18,357 bases of DNA from a virus (IMGVR_UViG_2597489893_000006:1-18357), one strand, 5' to 3'; positions 1-8,477 are shown, numbered from the stretch's first letter. The notes: generated by a model from the letters alone, not told the origin. Numbers and translations are program-made.

Positions 1-21
1 GGTTTTTTACATCATTGGCCC

Positions 22-459
22 TCAAACCCCTCTTACTTCAGCCGGTGCTGCATGCTGGTGGTGCCATCTACAAAGGGGCAATTGCTTTTTGTGACAACCC
101 GGCGCGGTACGACCGGAGATATGGTGCAGAGACACCTCTTCAGATATTACTCCATGCATGTAGCAGGCAATGCAGGGGAGAGTGCCAAGAGCATTGGCGA
201 TGGTCCGTTCCTCCGCCGTCGGTGTTCGCCCCTTCAAGCCACGAGATTTTATTTTTACCGCACTTTTCCGCGTTTTGCTGGCTGGTGGGCGCTCTTTCTG
301 TTTAGCGATACGGCGGTCGATAGAATCCCGCATTTTCTGATATTGCGATTCTCGCCAGGCGGGGTCAGCCAACTTTTCCCGTTGCCGATCGATCGCTCGT
401 TCTCTGGCTGCCTTCTGCCACTCGCGGCGCTGTTCAAGTTTTTGTTCGATTGTTTTCAT
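22..459 (-). CDS. ref: Ref-like HNH endonuclease (P1 recombination enhancement function); start codon uncertain
   Basis: Translation from ATG at 459 gives 145 aa: a highly charged Lys/Arg/Glu-rich N-terminal region followed by a Cys/His cluster (CIAC...H...LHH...GCH...CRWHH) typical of HNH nucleases. Position and orientation downstream of cre match P1 organisation. The in-frame upstream extension to 564 begins only with TTG and contains a hairpin plus T8. Confidence 0.6.
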   Translation of the reverse strand: MKTIEQKLEQRREWQKAARERAIDRQREKLADPAWRESQYQKMRDSIDRRIAKQKERPPASKTRKSAVKIKSRGLKGRTPTAEERTIANALGTLPCIACYMHGVISEEVSLHHISGRTAPGCHKKQLPLCRWHHQHAAPAEVRGV

Positions 460-464
460 ATGGC

Positions 465-490
465 AAAAAAAAGGCGGCCTAATGGCCGCC
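465..490 (-). terminator. Intrinsic terminator-like hairpin with T8 tract, ending 5 nt upstream of the ref ATG
   Basis: On the minus strand: GGCGGCC-ATTA-GGCCGCC (7-bp GC stem) followed directly by TTTTTTTT, then GCCAT, then ATG. Confidence 0.5.
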
Positions 491-550
491 AATGATGTCA
501 AGGAGTGAAGTAATGGCAACGTCTTCGTAGTTGACAAAAACTGCGGCTCA

Positions 551-574
551 ATTATAGCAATCAATTAGAGCAAT
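551..574 (-). promoter_or_regulatory. C1-operator-like 17-mer overlapping a perfect -10 TATAAT reading toward ref
   Basis: Positions 558-574 match the reverse complement of the C1 operator consensus ATTGCTCTAATAAATTT at 14/17. Minus-strand TATAAT lies at 551-556 immediately downstream. Confidence 0.45.
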
Positions 575-635
575 TAAAGTTATTTGTTTATCGCGAATCA
601 CATTTTTTCACTTCAGTACCTGTGTACTATACTCC

Positions 636-706
636 TTCTTGATTGATTGAATGCGGAATACAAACCCGCTTTTTTGTGCAGCCTGGCTCCTTGCCAGGCT
701 TTTTTT
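636..706 (+). ncRNA. Candidate small RNA unit (promoter-like -35 TTTTCA / -10 TATACT at 605-633, tandem intrinsic terminators at 652-675 and 680-706)
   Basis: Plus-strand TTTTCA, 17-nt spacer, TATACT. Downstream hairpin AGCCTGGC-TCCTT-GCCAGGCT followed by T7. A weaker GCGG..CCGC hairpin plus T6 sits just upstream. The unit is convergent with the 3' end of the minus-strand ORF 705-1016. Confidence 0.25.
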
Positions 707-1016
707 ATTTCAGCATGGAAGCTGTTAACGCTTTGGACCTTGCTGAACTGATTGAAAGGGCTTTGTCAACGTGCCCCAAAAATTCGCCAAACTCGGCCAT
801 CACTTTGGCAAAACCGCGCCGTGCTTCTTTCTCGGTGGCATTCATCACGAAATGTTCAGCACTACGCATACTTTTGACAGGGAACGCAACGGATATTGAG
901 TCAATATCAGGCATTCTATCGCTCAGCTTTACAGTGACAATGACGGCTGGCGACTGAATATTAGTGCTTACAGACAGCACTACATATTTTCCGTCGATGT
1001 TGAAATCCTTTCTCAC
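705..1016 (-). CDS. Hypothetical protein, 103 aa, immediately downstream of cre (position of P1 cra)
   Basis: Minus-strand ORF co-oriented with cre and ref; GGTGA Shine-Dalgarno-like sequence 2 nt upstream of the ATG. The overlapping plus-strand ORF 643-957 starts with TTG and contains the terminator, so the minus-strand frame is preferred. Confidence 0.45.
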   Translation of the reverse strand: MRKDFNIDGKYVVLSVSTNIQSPAVIVTVKLSDRMPDIDSISVAFPVKSMRSAEHFVMNATEKEARRGFAKVMAEFGEFLGHVDKALSISSARSKALTASMLK

Positions 1017-1032
1017 ATGTCACCATAAATAC

Positions 1033-1049
1033 CAAAGAATTAGAGCAAT
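1033..1049 (-). promoter_or_regulatory. C1-operator-like 17-mer between the cre stop and the downstream ORF
   Basis: caaagaattagagcaat matches the reverse complement of the operator consensus at 13/17, including the TTAGAGCAAT core. Confidence 0.35.
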
Positions 1050-1066
1050 CATTTGCGCGCTAATGG

Positions 1067-2098
1067 CTAATAGCCATCTTCCAGCAGGCGCACCATTGCC
1101 CCTGTTTCACTATCCAGGTTACGGATATAGTTCATGACAATATTTACGTTGGTCCAGCCACCAGCTTGCATGATCTCCGGTATTGAAACTCCGGCGCGGG
1201 CCATATCTCGCGCGGCTCCGACACGGGCACTGTGTCCAGACCAGGCCAGGTACCTCTGGCCAGAGTCATCCTTAGCCCCGAAAATCAATCGGTGAGTTGC
1301 TTCAAAAATCCCTTCCAGGGCGCGAGTTGATAGCTGGCTGGTGGCAGATGGCGCGGCAACACCATTTTTTCTGACACGGCAAAACAAGTAGTTATTCGGA
1401 TCATCAGCCACACCAGAGACAGAAATCCATCGCTCAACCAGTTTAGTTACCCCCAGACTAAGTGCCTTCTCTACACCAGCGGTGCTAACCAGCGTTTTCG
1501 TTCTGCCAATATGGATTAACATTCTCCCACCGTCAGTACGTGAGATATCTTTAACTCTGATCCTAGAAATTTCGGCTATACGTAACAGGGTGTTATAAGC
1601 AATCCCCAGAAATGCCAGATTACGTATATCCTGGCAGCGATCGCTATTTTCCATGAGTGAACGAACCTGGTCGAAATCAGTGCGTTCGAACGCCAGCGCC
1701 TGTTTTGCACGCTCACCGGCATCAACGTTTTCTTTTCGGATCCGTCGCATGACGAGTGAAACAGCATTGCTGTCACTTGGTCGTTGCAGCCCGGACCGAC
1801 GATGAAGCATATTTAGCTGGCCCAAATGTTGCTGGATAGTTTTCACTGCCAGACCGCGCGCCTGAAGATATAGAAGATAATCGCGAACATCTTCAGGTTC
1901 TGCGGGAAACCATTTCCGGTTATTCAACTTGCACCATGCCGCCCATGACCGGCAAACGGACAGAAGCATTTTCCAGGTATGCTCAGAAAACGCCTGGCGA
2001 TCCCTGAACATATCCATCAGGTTCTTGCGAACCTCATCACTCGTTGCATCGACCGGCAATGCAGGCAAATTTTGGTGTACGGTCAGTAAATTGGACAT
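1067..2098 (-). CDS. cre: Cre tyrosine site-specific recombinase
   Basis: 343-aa translation MSNLLTVHQNLPALPVDATSDEVRKNLMDMFRDRQAFSEH... through ...GWTNVNIVMNYIRNLDSETGAMVRLLEDGY is near-identical to P1 Cre as I recall it, including the catalytic Tyr in the MNYIR motif. Canonical loxP lies 435 bp upstream. Confidence 0.97.
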   Translation of the reverse strand: MSNLLTVHQNLPALPVDATSDEVRKNLMDMFRDRQAFSEHTWKMLLSVCRSWAAWCKLNNRKWFPAEPEDVRDYLLYLQARGLAVKTIQQHLGQLNMLHRRSGLQRPSDSNAVSLVMRRIRKENVDAGERAKQALAFERTDFDQVRSLMENSDRCQDIRNLAFLGIAYNTLLRIAEISRIRVKDISRTDGGRMLIHIGRTKTLVSTAGVEKALSLGVTKLVERWISVSGVADDPNNYLFCRVRKNGVAAPSATSQLSTRALEGIFEATHRLIFGAKDDSGQRYLAWSGHSARVGAARDMARAGVSIPEIMQAGGWTNVNIVMNYIRNLDSETGAMVRLLEDGY

Positions 2099-2105
2099 TT
2101 GACAC

Positions 2106-2327
2106 TCAGATAATGGTTTTAAGTAAAGTGTACAGGATCGGCTCTGCCTTTACCTGTTTATGGTTCTCGTCATAGAAACGCCAACGACCGCGACTGCGTT
2201 CTATCTTTTCTTCACCGCGCGATAATGACAGTTGACAACTATCACGATCAAACCCTTTTGCCCGCCAGTAACCACGATTTTTCTCAAGCTCAAGATGAGT
2301 GGACACTTTAGCAGCTGAATATCCCAT
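2106..2327 (-). CDS. Possible small basic protein (73 aa) ending 8 nt upstream of the cre ATG
   Basis: ATG preceded by GAGGTG two nt upstream; stop TGA 8 nt before the cre start, so translational coupling is possible. No recognisable domain. Confidence 0.25.
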   Translation of the reverse strand: MGYSAAKVSTHLELEKNRGYWRAKGFDRDSCQLSLSRGEEKIERSRGRWRFYDENHKQVKAEPILYTLLKTII

Positions 2328-2357
2328 TTTTCACCTCTGATTGATTGGTGGTGCTAA

Positions 2358-2420
2358 GTGCGCTACGCGAAATCTGGAGCACAAACACTGCCAACATTTC
2401 GCAGATTTTACGTAGCGCAA
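2358..2420. repeat. Imperfect 19-bp inverted repeat (dyad symmetry) in the cre upstream region
   Basis: GTGCGCTACGCGAAATCTG at 2358-2376 and CAGATTTTACGTAGCGCAA at 2402-2420 are complementary at 16/19, with a 25-nt spacer. Confidence 0.4.
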
Positions 2421-2422
2421 CC

Positions 2423-2497
2423 TTGATCAAATGATCAAGTGATCACTATTTGACCTGATAAGGTATTGAACTGTATGGATTTACAGGTAAATTGATC
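2423..2497. promoter_or_regulatory. Cluster of four GATC (Dam) sites, including three tandem TGATCA hexamers, between cre and loxP
   Basis: TTGATCAAATGATCAAGTGATCAC at 2423-2446 plus TTGATCATG at 2492-2499. P1 cre transcription is known to be Dam-sensitive. Confidence 0.45.
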
Positions 2498-2516
2498 ATG
2501 TTCAATAACCCTTAAG

Positions 2517-2550
2517 ATAACTTCGTATAATGTATGCTATACGAAGTTAT
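2517..2550. other. loxP: loxP recombination site
   Basis: Exact ATAACTTCGTATA-ATGTATGC-TATACGAAGTTAT: 13-bp inverted repeats flanking the 8-bp asymmetric spacer. Confidence 0.98.
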
Positions 2551-2593
2551 TAGGTCTGAAGAGGAGTTTACGTCCAGCTGCGCATAAAAATCA

Positions 2594-2610
2594 AGAATTA
2601 TTAGAGCAAT
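2594..2610 (-). promoter_or_regulatory. C1 operator (reverse orientation) upstream of coi-c1
   Basis: agaattattagagcaat matches the reverse complement of the operator consensus at 15/17. Confidence 0.6.
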
Positions 2611-2670
2611 AAATTTTGAGAGAAAAATCCCACTCCACCAGCCAAAAACTGGATTGTTTTTCATAGTTGT

Positions 2671-2697
2671 TTGACAATTGCTCTAATAAATTATAGT
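2671..2697 (+). promoter_or_regulatory. Rightward promoter (-35 TTGACA, -10-like TATAGT) with an embedded C1 operator, directed at coi-c1
   Basis: TTGACA at 2671-2676 is followed directly by ATTGCTCTAATAAATTA at 2677-2693 (16/17 to consensus), overlapping TATAGT. Confidence 0.6.
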
Positions 2698-2931
2698 TTT
2701 GCCGCCGTTTCGTAATACAACTTTGGATTCACTATTTAATGTGTCTTCAGCGTTGTAGAGCGGCTCAGAAGGAAATGAGCAAACAGGGAAACCTTATACA
2801 ACGGCATTACAGCTATGCATTGCTCATCTTACACACAGCGCAATGTTGTAGGATTACCCCAGCATGGATCATGGGTGAAACAGTAGGTCAGAGCTTCAGG
2901 CTCTGTGTTGTCAATACAGTGAGGCATAATT

Positions 2932-3141
2932 ATGGCTTTCATTCCACCAACCATCGACGACGTTAGACATTGCTCTAACGCTTTATCTGTAGACCCCGCC
3001 GAAACCGACGCTGCCCGCGCCATTGCTGAACACTACTCAAAGATATCCAATCAGGAGTACCGCATCACCCAAGACGACCTGGATGATCTCACTGACACAA
3101 TCGAATATCTCATGGCCACTAACCAGCCAGACTCACAATAA
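2932..3141 (+). CDS. coi: Coi, C1 inactivator
   Basis: 69-aa ORF immediately upstream of and co-oriented with c1, size and position as in P1; acidic C-terminus. Confidence 0.8.
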   Translation: MAFIPPTIDDVRHCSNALSVDPAETDAARAIAEHYSKISNQEYRITQDDLDDLTDTIEYLMATNQPDSQ

Positions 3142-3157
3142 ATGCACTAATAAATCT
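3141..3157 (+). promoter_or_regulatory. C1-operator-like 17-mer in the coi-c1 intergenic region
   Basis: aatgcactaataaatct matches the consensus at 14/17; sits at the coi stop codon. Confidence 0.45.
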
Positions 3158-3186
3158 ATTATTTTCGTTGGATCCTTCTATAATGG

Positions 3187-3229
3187 TGGCCAACAACTCC
3201 CAGTGTAATCCGCTGTGAGTTGTTGGCCA
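3187..3229 (+). promoter_or_regulatory. Perfect 13-bp inverted repeat (stem-loop) 10 nt upstream of the c1 Shine-Dalgarno
   Basis: TGGCCAACAACTC at 3187-3199 and GAGTTGTTGGCCA at 3217-3229 with a 17-nt loop; no downstream U-tract. Confidence 0.4.
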
Positions 3230-3251
3230 TGTCAATTCTGGAGGAGGATCA

Positions 3252-4103
3252 ATGATAAATTATGTCTACGGCGAACAACTGTACCAGGAGTTCGTCAGCT
3301 TCAGGGATCTCTTTCTAAAAAAAGCTGTTGCACGCGCCCAACACGTTGATGCCGCCAGCGACGGTCGTCCTGTTCGCCCGGTTGTCGTTCTGCCGTTCAA
3401 AGAAACGGACAGCATTCAGGCTGAAATTGATAAATGGACTTTAATGGCGCGGGAACTGGAACAGTACCCAGACCTCAATATCCCAAAGACTATTTTATAT
3501 CCAGTGCCTAACATCCTTCGCGGTGTGCGTAAGGTTACAACTTATCAGACAGAAGCTGTGAACAGCGTCAACATGACCGCTGGCCGCATTATTCATCTGA
3601 TTGATAAGGACATTCGCATCCAGAAAAGCGCGGGGATCAATGAGCACAGTGCGAAATACATAGAGAACCTGGAAGCAACAAAAGAGCTAATGAAGCAGTA
3701 CCCGGAGGATGAAAAATTCCGTATGCGTGTACACGGCTTTAGCGAAACAATGTTGCGCGTCCATTACATTTCCAGTAGCCCTAACTACAATGATGGTAAA
3801 TCAGTTAGTTACCATGTGCCGCTGTGTGGTGTGTTTATCTGCGATGAAACTCTCCGTGATGGAATCATCATCAACGGTGAATTCGAGAAAGCAAAATTTA
3901 GCCTTTATGACTCTATAGAACCGATCATCTGCGACCGCTGGCCGCAGGCAAAAATATATCGCCTGGCAGATATTGAAAATGTAAAAAAACAAATTGCCAT
4001 CACTCGCGAAGAGAAAAAGGTCAAATCAGCCGCATCAGTTACGCGCAGCCGTAAAACTAAGAAGGGGCAGCCAGTAAACAGCAACCCCGAAAGCGCGCAA
4101 TAG
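3252..4103 (+). CDS. c1: C1 repressor of lysis (primary immunity repressor)
   Basis: 283-aa ORF with strong GGAGGAGG Shine-Dalgarno; length, position next to coi and the operator sites fit P1 C1. Confidence 0.93.
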   Translation: MINYVYGEQLYQEFVSFRDLFLKKAVARAQHVDAASDGRPVRPVVVLPFKETDSIQAEIDKWTLMARELEQYPDLNIPKTILYPVPNILRGVRKVTTYQTEAVNSVNMTAGRIIHLIDKDIRIQKSAGINEHSAKYIENLEATKELMKQYPEDEKFRMRVHGFSETMLRVHYISSSPNYNDGKSVSYHVPLCGVFICDETLRDGIIINGEFEKAKFSLYDSIEPIICDRWPQAKIYRLADIENVKKQIAITREEKKVKSAASVTRSRKTKKGQPVNSNPESAQ

Positions 4104-4128
4104 TTTTCCATCCGGCATGGTCAAATTG

Positions 4129-5613
4129 TTATTCATTAAGCCATGCCAGAGCTTCATCAACCTGCGCTTCGTCTTCGACGCTAAGCACTTCATCTTGGGG
4201 AACATAGTTCGCCAACATAGCGAAACAATATGTATCCCAATGGTCCGGTGAGTGCAGGTTGAGTTTTTTCTTCATATCTTCCTTTGACATCACCTTCCAT
4301 TGACCTGCGGAATTTATCCCTACCGGTATCTTTGATGCTTCCTCTATAGTCGCAGCCCCCTTATCAAGCCGCATACGCCCTGATTTTACAGCTTCTGCCG
4401 CCTGAATATTCGCGAAAGCGCGCATATCGAAATAAAGGCTTTTATCTTCACGGCTGTGCATCTTTTTACCCCAGCGGATACGCTGGACGGTAATGCCATA
4501 GCGTTCGTACATTAGATCAGCCGTCGATTTCCCCAAGCCATCGCCATCAATAGCTATGGTTATGTTCGGGAACCGTTCTGGGTTACATTCTGCGAAAATC
4601 TTGGCGGCTAACTGCGTTTCTGTAACGTCTGTGTATTCCAGCATACGATAGTTGATTACACGGCGTTTATTTCGCTGGCCGGACACCATCATGATATTAA
4701 TAACGGACTTATCTCGTCCTGTGCCACCAGCAACGTCAACACATGCAACCCAGCCCCATCCTTTGGCAATCTTGACCTTTCGCCGCGTCGCCCGCTCAAC
4801 CTCATCACGACCAAGAAGAAAGCCATCTTGAGATTTGGGAAATTCACCACGTACTTTGATCATGTACATGGGGTTATCACGACCGCCATACTCCGCAAGT
4901 TTTGCTCGTATAAATTTTGCATCTACAAGCGGAGATTCTTCACTATTCAGTATTATCGCAGTAAACAATCCATCAGGATTTCCCGGGCGAATAGCTAGTC
5001 TGTGGTGTGAATCGTAGAAATAGCCTGAAGGTCGCGTAGGCTGGGAAAGAAGCAGAATACGGTTATCCTTACCGGTCAGCGCACCTGTTATCACACTGAA
5101 TGCTTTATCACTCACACCCGACGCTTCGTCGATGATATACAAGAGATGATCGGCGTGTTCACCAGCCAACGCCTCCTCATTTCCGGGGCGACAGGACTTT
5201 ATCAATATTGTCCAAACACCCTTGCCAGTCACCTCAAAAAAAGACGTTTCTGTAAGAATGAAATACTTCGACAACCACGGGAATCTGCTAACAGCAGTAG
5301 CCCAATTGCTCTTTATGTATTTGAAAATACCATCAAGGACTTGCTGTCTTTTGTTAGCGACCAGAATGACGCGAGCGCCGGGGAAAAACATGATGAAGAG
5401 TATTGCAATGATACTCGTCATATCCGATTTACCAGTACCATGGCCGGAGGTCACACTTGTCCAACTGCCGTCCTGCTGCGTGGACTCAATGATCTCATCC
5501 TGCTGCCAGGTTGGTGTCTTCCCAAACAACACATCAGCGGCCGCAATCCAGTCATAACGATATAGCGCCACAAGCTCGCGCCAACGTGGGTCCGTTACGC
5601 AACTTCTGGCCAT
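4129..5613 (-). CDS. pacB: PacB, terminase large subunit
   Basis: 494-aa ORF with a Walker-A-like SGHGTGKS motif; start overlaps the pacA stop (TAATG); convergent with c1. Confidence 0.9.
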
Positions 5614-6806
5614 TAATCATCATCCCCGTACAGTTTGCGGGTAACTTCTTCGTCTTCCTCCTCGTCTTCGTCCAGATCCTGTTCAAGCCATGCTTCGTTT
5701 GATATGCCTTCCGCATCGACATCACCATAACCACCTGTATCGACGATATCGGCAATTTCTTCTCTACGATGCTCAATCCACAATGCCGCATCAGCGCGGC
5801 GGCTGGCGGCCCGTTCTCGCGCGATTTTATCCAGATCTTCAAGTGATGGAGCGCCAGATGCTGTTTGGTTTTCCTCATCATCGGTATTGGTCTTAGGAGC
5901 ACGCAGATCGGCTTTGATTTGCTCCAGCATCAGGGGCGGCACTTTTCCTCCATGCGCCTCGATGAATTCAGCCGCTTCCAGCACTGACCAGTTATTTTCA
6001 CGCTTTCGTTCGTATGCCAGCTTAACAATGCCAGCTTGCCCCATAGACAAAGCGTGCTTTTCCGCCTCCCGGCTTTCTTTTCGATAGTTATTCCGGATGC
6101 TGTAAATGGTGTTGATCAGGCTGCTTATCTGCGCGGAACAGCTGTTTAGCATGCTCGCGATACGGTATTCAGGCGGAGTACCTTCATCATCGTCTTTTTG
6201 CTGATCGCGCATTTCCTGCACCAGGCGAATACACGTATCCCTGGCGTTCTCCAGCATAAGGAGATGAGAAAGAGACTTTTCCAGAAGAGTGGTTTCCAGA
6301 ACATCGGCCCCGGACCGACGCAACATAGCGCGCGCGGCCTTCCGCGCTTCAACGTTATCTATCAGGTAATCGCCAGCTTCGAATTCAAAGCGTTCACCAT
6401 CATCATCCAGGGTGTCGCGTTCCAGGCGATCACGTAAGGTCCGGTGGGCGCGGGTGATCACGTCATGATCATCTGAACGATCATTTATGCGCTTATTTTG
6501 GCGCTTCGCATTATCGACTGCGGCACTGACAACGGCATTAACTCTTTGTTTTTCATCCATTTCAGCCACAACGTGATCACCTGCACGTTGATCATTAGCG
6601 TGATCAATGATCATGCTTTTTAGTGGTTTCCTGACAGGCTTATTTGGCTTACGGCTGTCCGCTGTTCCGGTGTCTTCTTTGAATGCACGGAGATAACGAC
6701 GTGCGGTGTTTGGGTTGAGATTAAACTCGGCGGCATATTGTGCGATGGTGTAACCACCATCTCGCGCCAGGCGAGCAAAATTCTTCTTGTGATCGTCCCA
6801 GGTCAC
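5613..6806 (-). CDS. pacA: PacA, terminase small subunit / pac-recognition protein
   Basis: 397-aa ORF with an acidic C-terminal tail; contains the GATC-hexamer pac site within its coding sequence, as in P1. Confidence 0.9.
6427..6614. other. pac: pac packaging site: two clusters of TGATCA(G/C)-type hexamers flanking an ~90-bp region
   Basis: Cluster 1 at 6427-6484 (cGATCAc, TGATCAC, TGATCAT, cGATCAt) and cluster 2 at 6574-6613 (TGATCAC, TGATCAT, TGATCAA, TGATCAT); eight GATC sites in under 190 bp inside pacA. Confidence 0.8.
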
Positions 6807-6892
6807 TTATGCTTCCTTTCGTATAAAACTCTTTTTGACGCGAGGGTAACGAAAGTCACATGTCAAAAGGCCCGGAACGGGCAAGCAATCAA

Positions 6893-7345
6893 TCAGATAC
6901 GTGCGGATGTGGCATTACCGTAATGACGGTGCTGACGGACCACCTTATTGAAAAATTGACGCGCCATTACCCAAGGCTGGTGCTCCCGGCGTTCCTTTTC
7001 GTCCTGCGTCATATAGAGTTCGTTCTGGAGTTTTTCATCAAACCGGCGCGGAGCGCGACTGCGGCGAAAGAATTCAGGATTCAGAGAGTGGATCTGAAAT
7101 CTACGTGGGCGTGTACTGTCATCAATCAAAACAGACGAATACTTAGACACAGCGATAGCCTTTAAGCGCAGATAAACATCGCGCTTATCGACATCCAGAT
7201 GCGGGTATTCCTTTTCAAGAATTGCTGCGAGTTCTTTCGCTGATAGAAGAGATTTAGTGCGGATCATGTAATCCGCAATCTCGTACGATGTTATTCGTGA
7301 GTGATTTATTTCCATGAAGTGGCGTCCCTGCCAGTTAAGTAACAT
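6893..7345 (-). CDS. lpa: Lpa, late promoter activator
   Basis: 150-aa ORF between pacA and a C1-operator-containing promoter, matching P1 order; AGGTGA Shine-Dalgarno 4 nt upstream of the ATG. Confidence 0.75.
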   Translation of the reverse strand: MLLNWQGRHFMEINHSRITSYEIADYMIRTKSLLSAKELAAILEKEYPHLDVDKRDVYLRLKAIAVSKYSSVLIDDSTRPRRFQIHSLNPEFFRRSRAPRRFDEKLQNELYMTQDEKERREHQPWVMARQFFNKVVRQHRHYGNATSARI

Positions 7346-7415
7346 CCTGTCACCTACTGATTAGCCCATGTCAACTAATCAACGTCGAATATAATACCCT
7401 CGATTAAAGAAATAG

Positions 7416-7432
7416 CAATACATTAGAGCAAT
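7416..7432 (-). promoter_or_regulatory. C1 operator within the lpa promoter region
   Basis: caatacattagagcaat matches the reverse complement of the consensus at 14/17. On the minus strand it is followed by TTGCTA, 17 nt, TATTAT, then the lpa ribosome-binding site. Confidence 0.55.
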
Positions 7433-7433
7433 T

Positions 7434-8477
7434 TTATCTAACACTCGACGAATGACTTGTGATAGCGCCAACTCCAAGCGCGTAATCAAAGAACAATCGT
7501 TGATGCATCGCCAGCCTACCGTGCGTCTTCTCCCAATTATCGCGGTCACGCTCAATATCACGCTGGCATGACTGGCACAGAGGAATAGCATAAATGTCAT
7601 GCGCGCATAATCGACTATGACGAACTATATAAGGCGTAATGTGAGCGCCAGCTCCCGCAGCTCCACAGCCACAGCATGGACGGGAAGCCACAAAGTCCAT
7701 GTACTCGGGCAATTTTAGCGATTGAAGTTTTGGTATTTTGAAATGCGCCATACCTGGGTCGGAGTCAACATCCACAGGGCATACTTTTGCACGCATCGGC
7801 GCGGCGCGTTCTTCCATCATCTGAACATATGCTGTAGCGCGATCGTCATACGGGCGAATATCCGCCTCTTTCAGAGGTCCGCTATCCTGCGGAATAGCCT
7901 TCATCTTATTTATTGATATGCGGCAGACTTCTTCCGGCATCAGGTGCATCATGTTGCGCATGAAAGCCCACCAGCACAGCTCCTGAATACTTAAATCATG
8001 GCTATTTGAAAGGCCCATTTCCTGACGGGCGACATCCAGTATCCAGTTAACGCGATTATTGTGCAGCGTTTCTTTCAGCTCATTAAAACCACGCATCCGA
8101 TAATGGTGATCGTGATGCCAGCACAACAACACCGCGCTATTGTCTCGTTCAGCGTGGACAATATGGTTGTCACACCAACTACGATCTGCGGCCTGGCATT
8201 GCCCCTCTTTCCTGCGCAACCACGCCACCAGCGCGTCAATTCCACCAATACGGCGAAACAGTTCATCGCTGTTAAAAAACGGCTGCAACGCCTCATTTGT
8301 TGCCATGGTTTGCTCGGTAACAACGAGGCCGTCTTCCATGTGCTCGATTAACTCACGCGGCACCGGCTCCATAATAAATTTACGGCCAGCCTCCACCAGC
8401 TTTCTGACCTCCTGATCCACTTTGAACGTGGCGAGGCCAAGCTCTTTCTGTACAAAGGGAGTAATTACGGCTTTCAC
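7434..8477 (-). CDS. Cys/His-rich hypothetical protein (347 aa), possibly zinc-binding or HNH-like; occupies the post-doc position
   Basis: GTG start preceded by AAGGTG. Motifs CDNH...CWHHDHH...HNN and CCGCG...H...H..C.H...C..C. Co-oriented in the phd-doc operon; no confident family assignment. Confidence 0.6.
   Translation of the reverse strand: MKAVITPFVQKELGLATFKVDQEVRKLVEAGRKFIMEPVPRELIEHMEDGLVVTEQTMATNEALQPFFNSDELFRRIGGIDALVAWLRRKEGQCQAADRSWCDNHIVHAERDNSAVLLCWHHDHHYRMRGFNELKETLHNNRVNWILDVARQEMGLSNSHDLSIQELCWWAFMRNMMHLMPEEVCRISINKMKAIPQDSGPLKEADIRPYDDRATAYVQMMEERAAPMRAKVCPVDVDSDPGMAHFKIPKLQSLKLPEYMDFVASRPCCGCGAAGAGAHITPYIVRHSRLCAHDIYAIPLCQSCQRDIERDRDNWEKTHGRLAMHQRLFFDYALGVGAITSHSSSVR

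Noticed and set aside
15-495. Plus-strand ORFs 15-305 and 52-495 (96 and 147 aa)
   Set aside because: They are antisense to the Ref-like gene, have no convincing ribosome-binding site or domain, and contain the complement of the terminator hairpin; treated as shadow ORFs.
643-957. Plus-strand ORF of 104 aa overlapping the minus-strand ORF 705-1016
   Set aside because: It starts with TTG, contains two intrinsic terminators in its first 65 nt and is oriented against cre and ref; the minus-strand frame is more plausible, though the choice is not certain.
2600-2664. Short minus-strand ORF (about 48 aa) reading across loxP
   Set aside because: It is below a sensible size, crosses the recombination site and operator, and has no ribosome-binding site; most likely fortuitous.
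2739-2966. 75-aa plus-strand ORF upstream of and overlapping coi (possible imcA/imcB-type small ORF)
   Set aside because: The start has no usable Shine-Dalgarno spacing, it overlaps coi by 35 nt in another frame, and I cannot match it to a known protein; insufficient support.
5146-6437. Plus-strand ORFs inside pacB and pacA (for example 5146-5565, 5222-5557, 5887-6087, 6198-6437)
   Set aside because: They are antisense to well-supported terminase genes; shadow ORFs.
7722-8415. ORFs overlapping the 347-aa Cys/His-rich gene on either strand (7722-7916, 8061-8351, 8075-8323, 8140-8415)
   Set aside because: They are nested in or antisense to a longer, ribosome-binding-site-supported ORF with coherent motifs.
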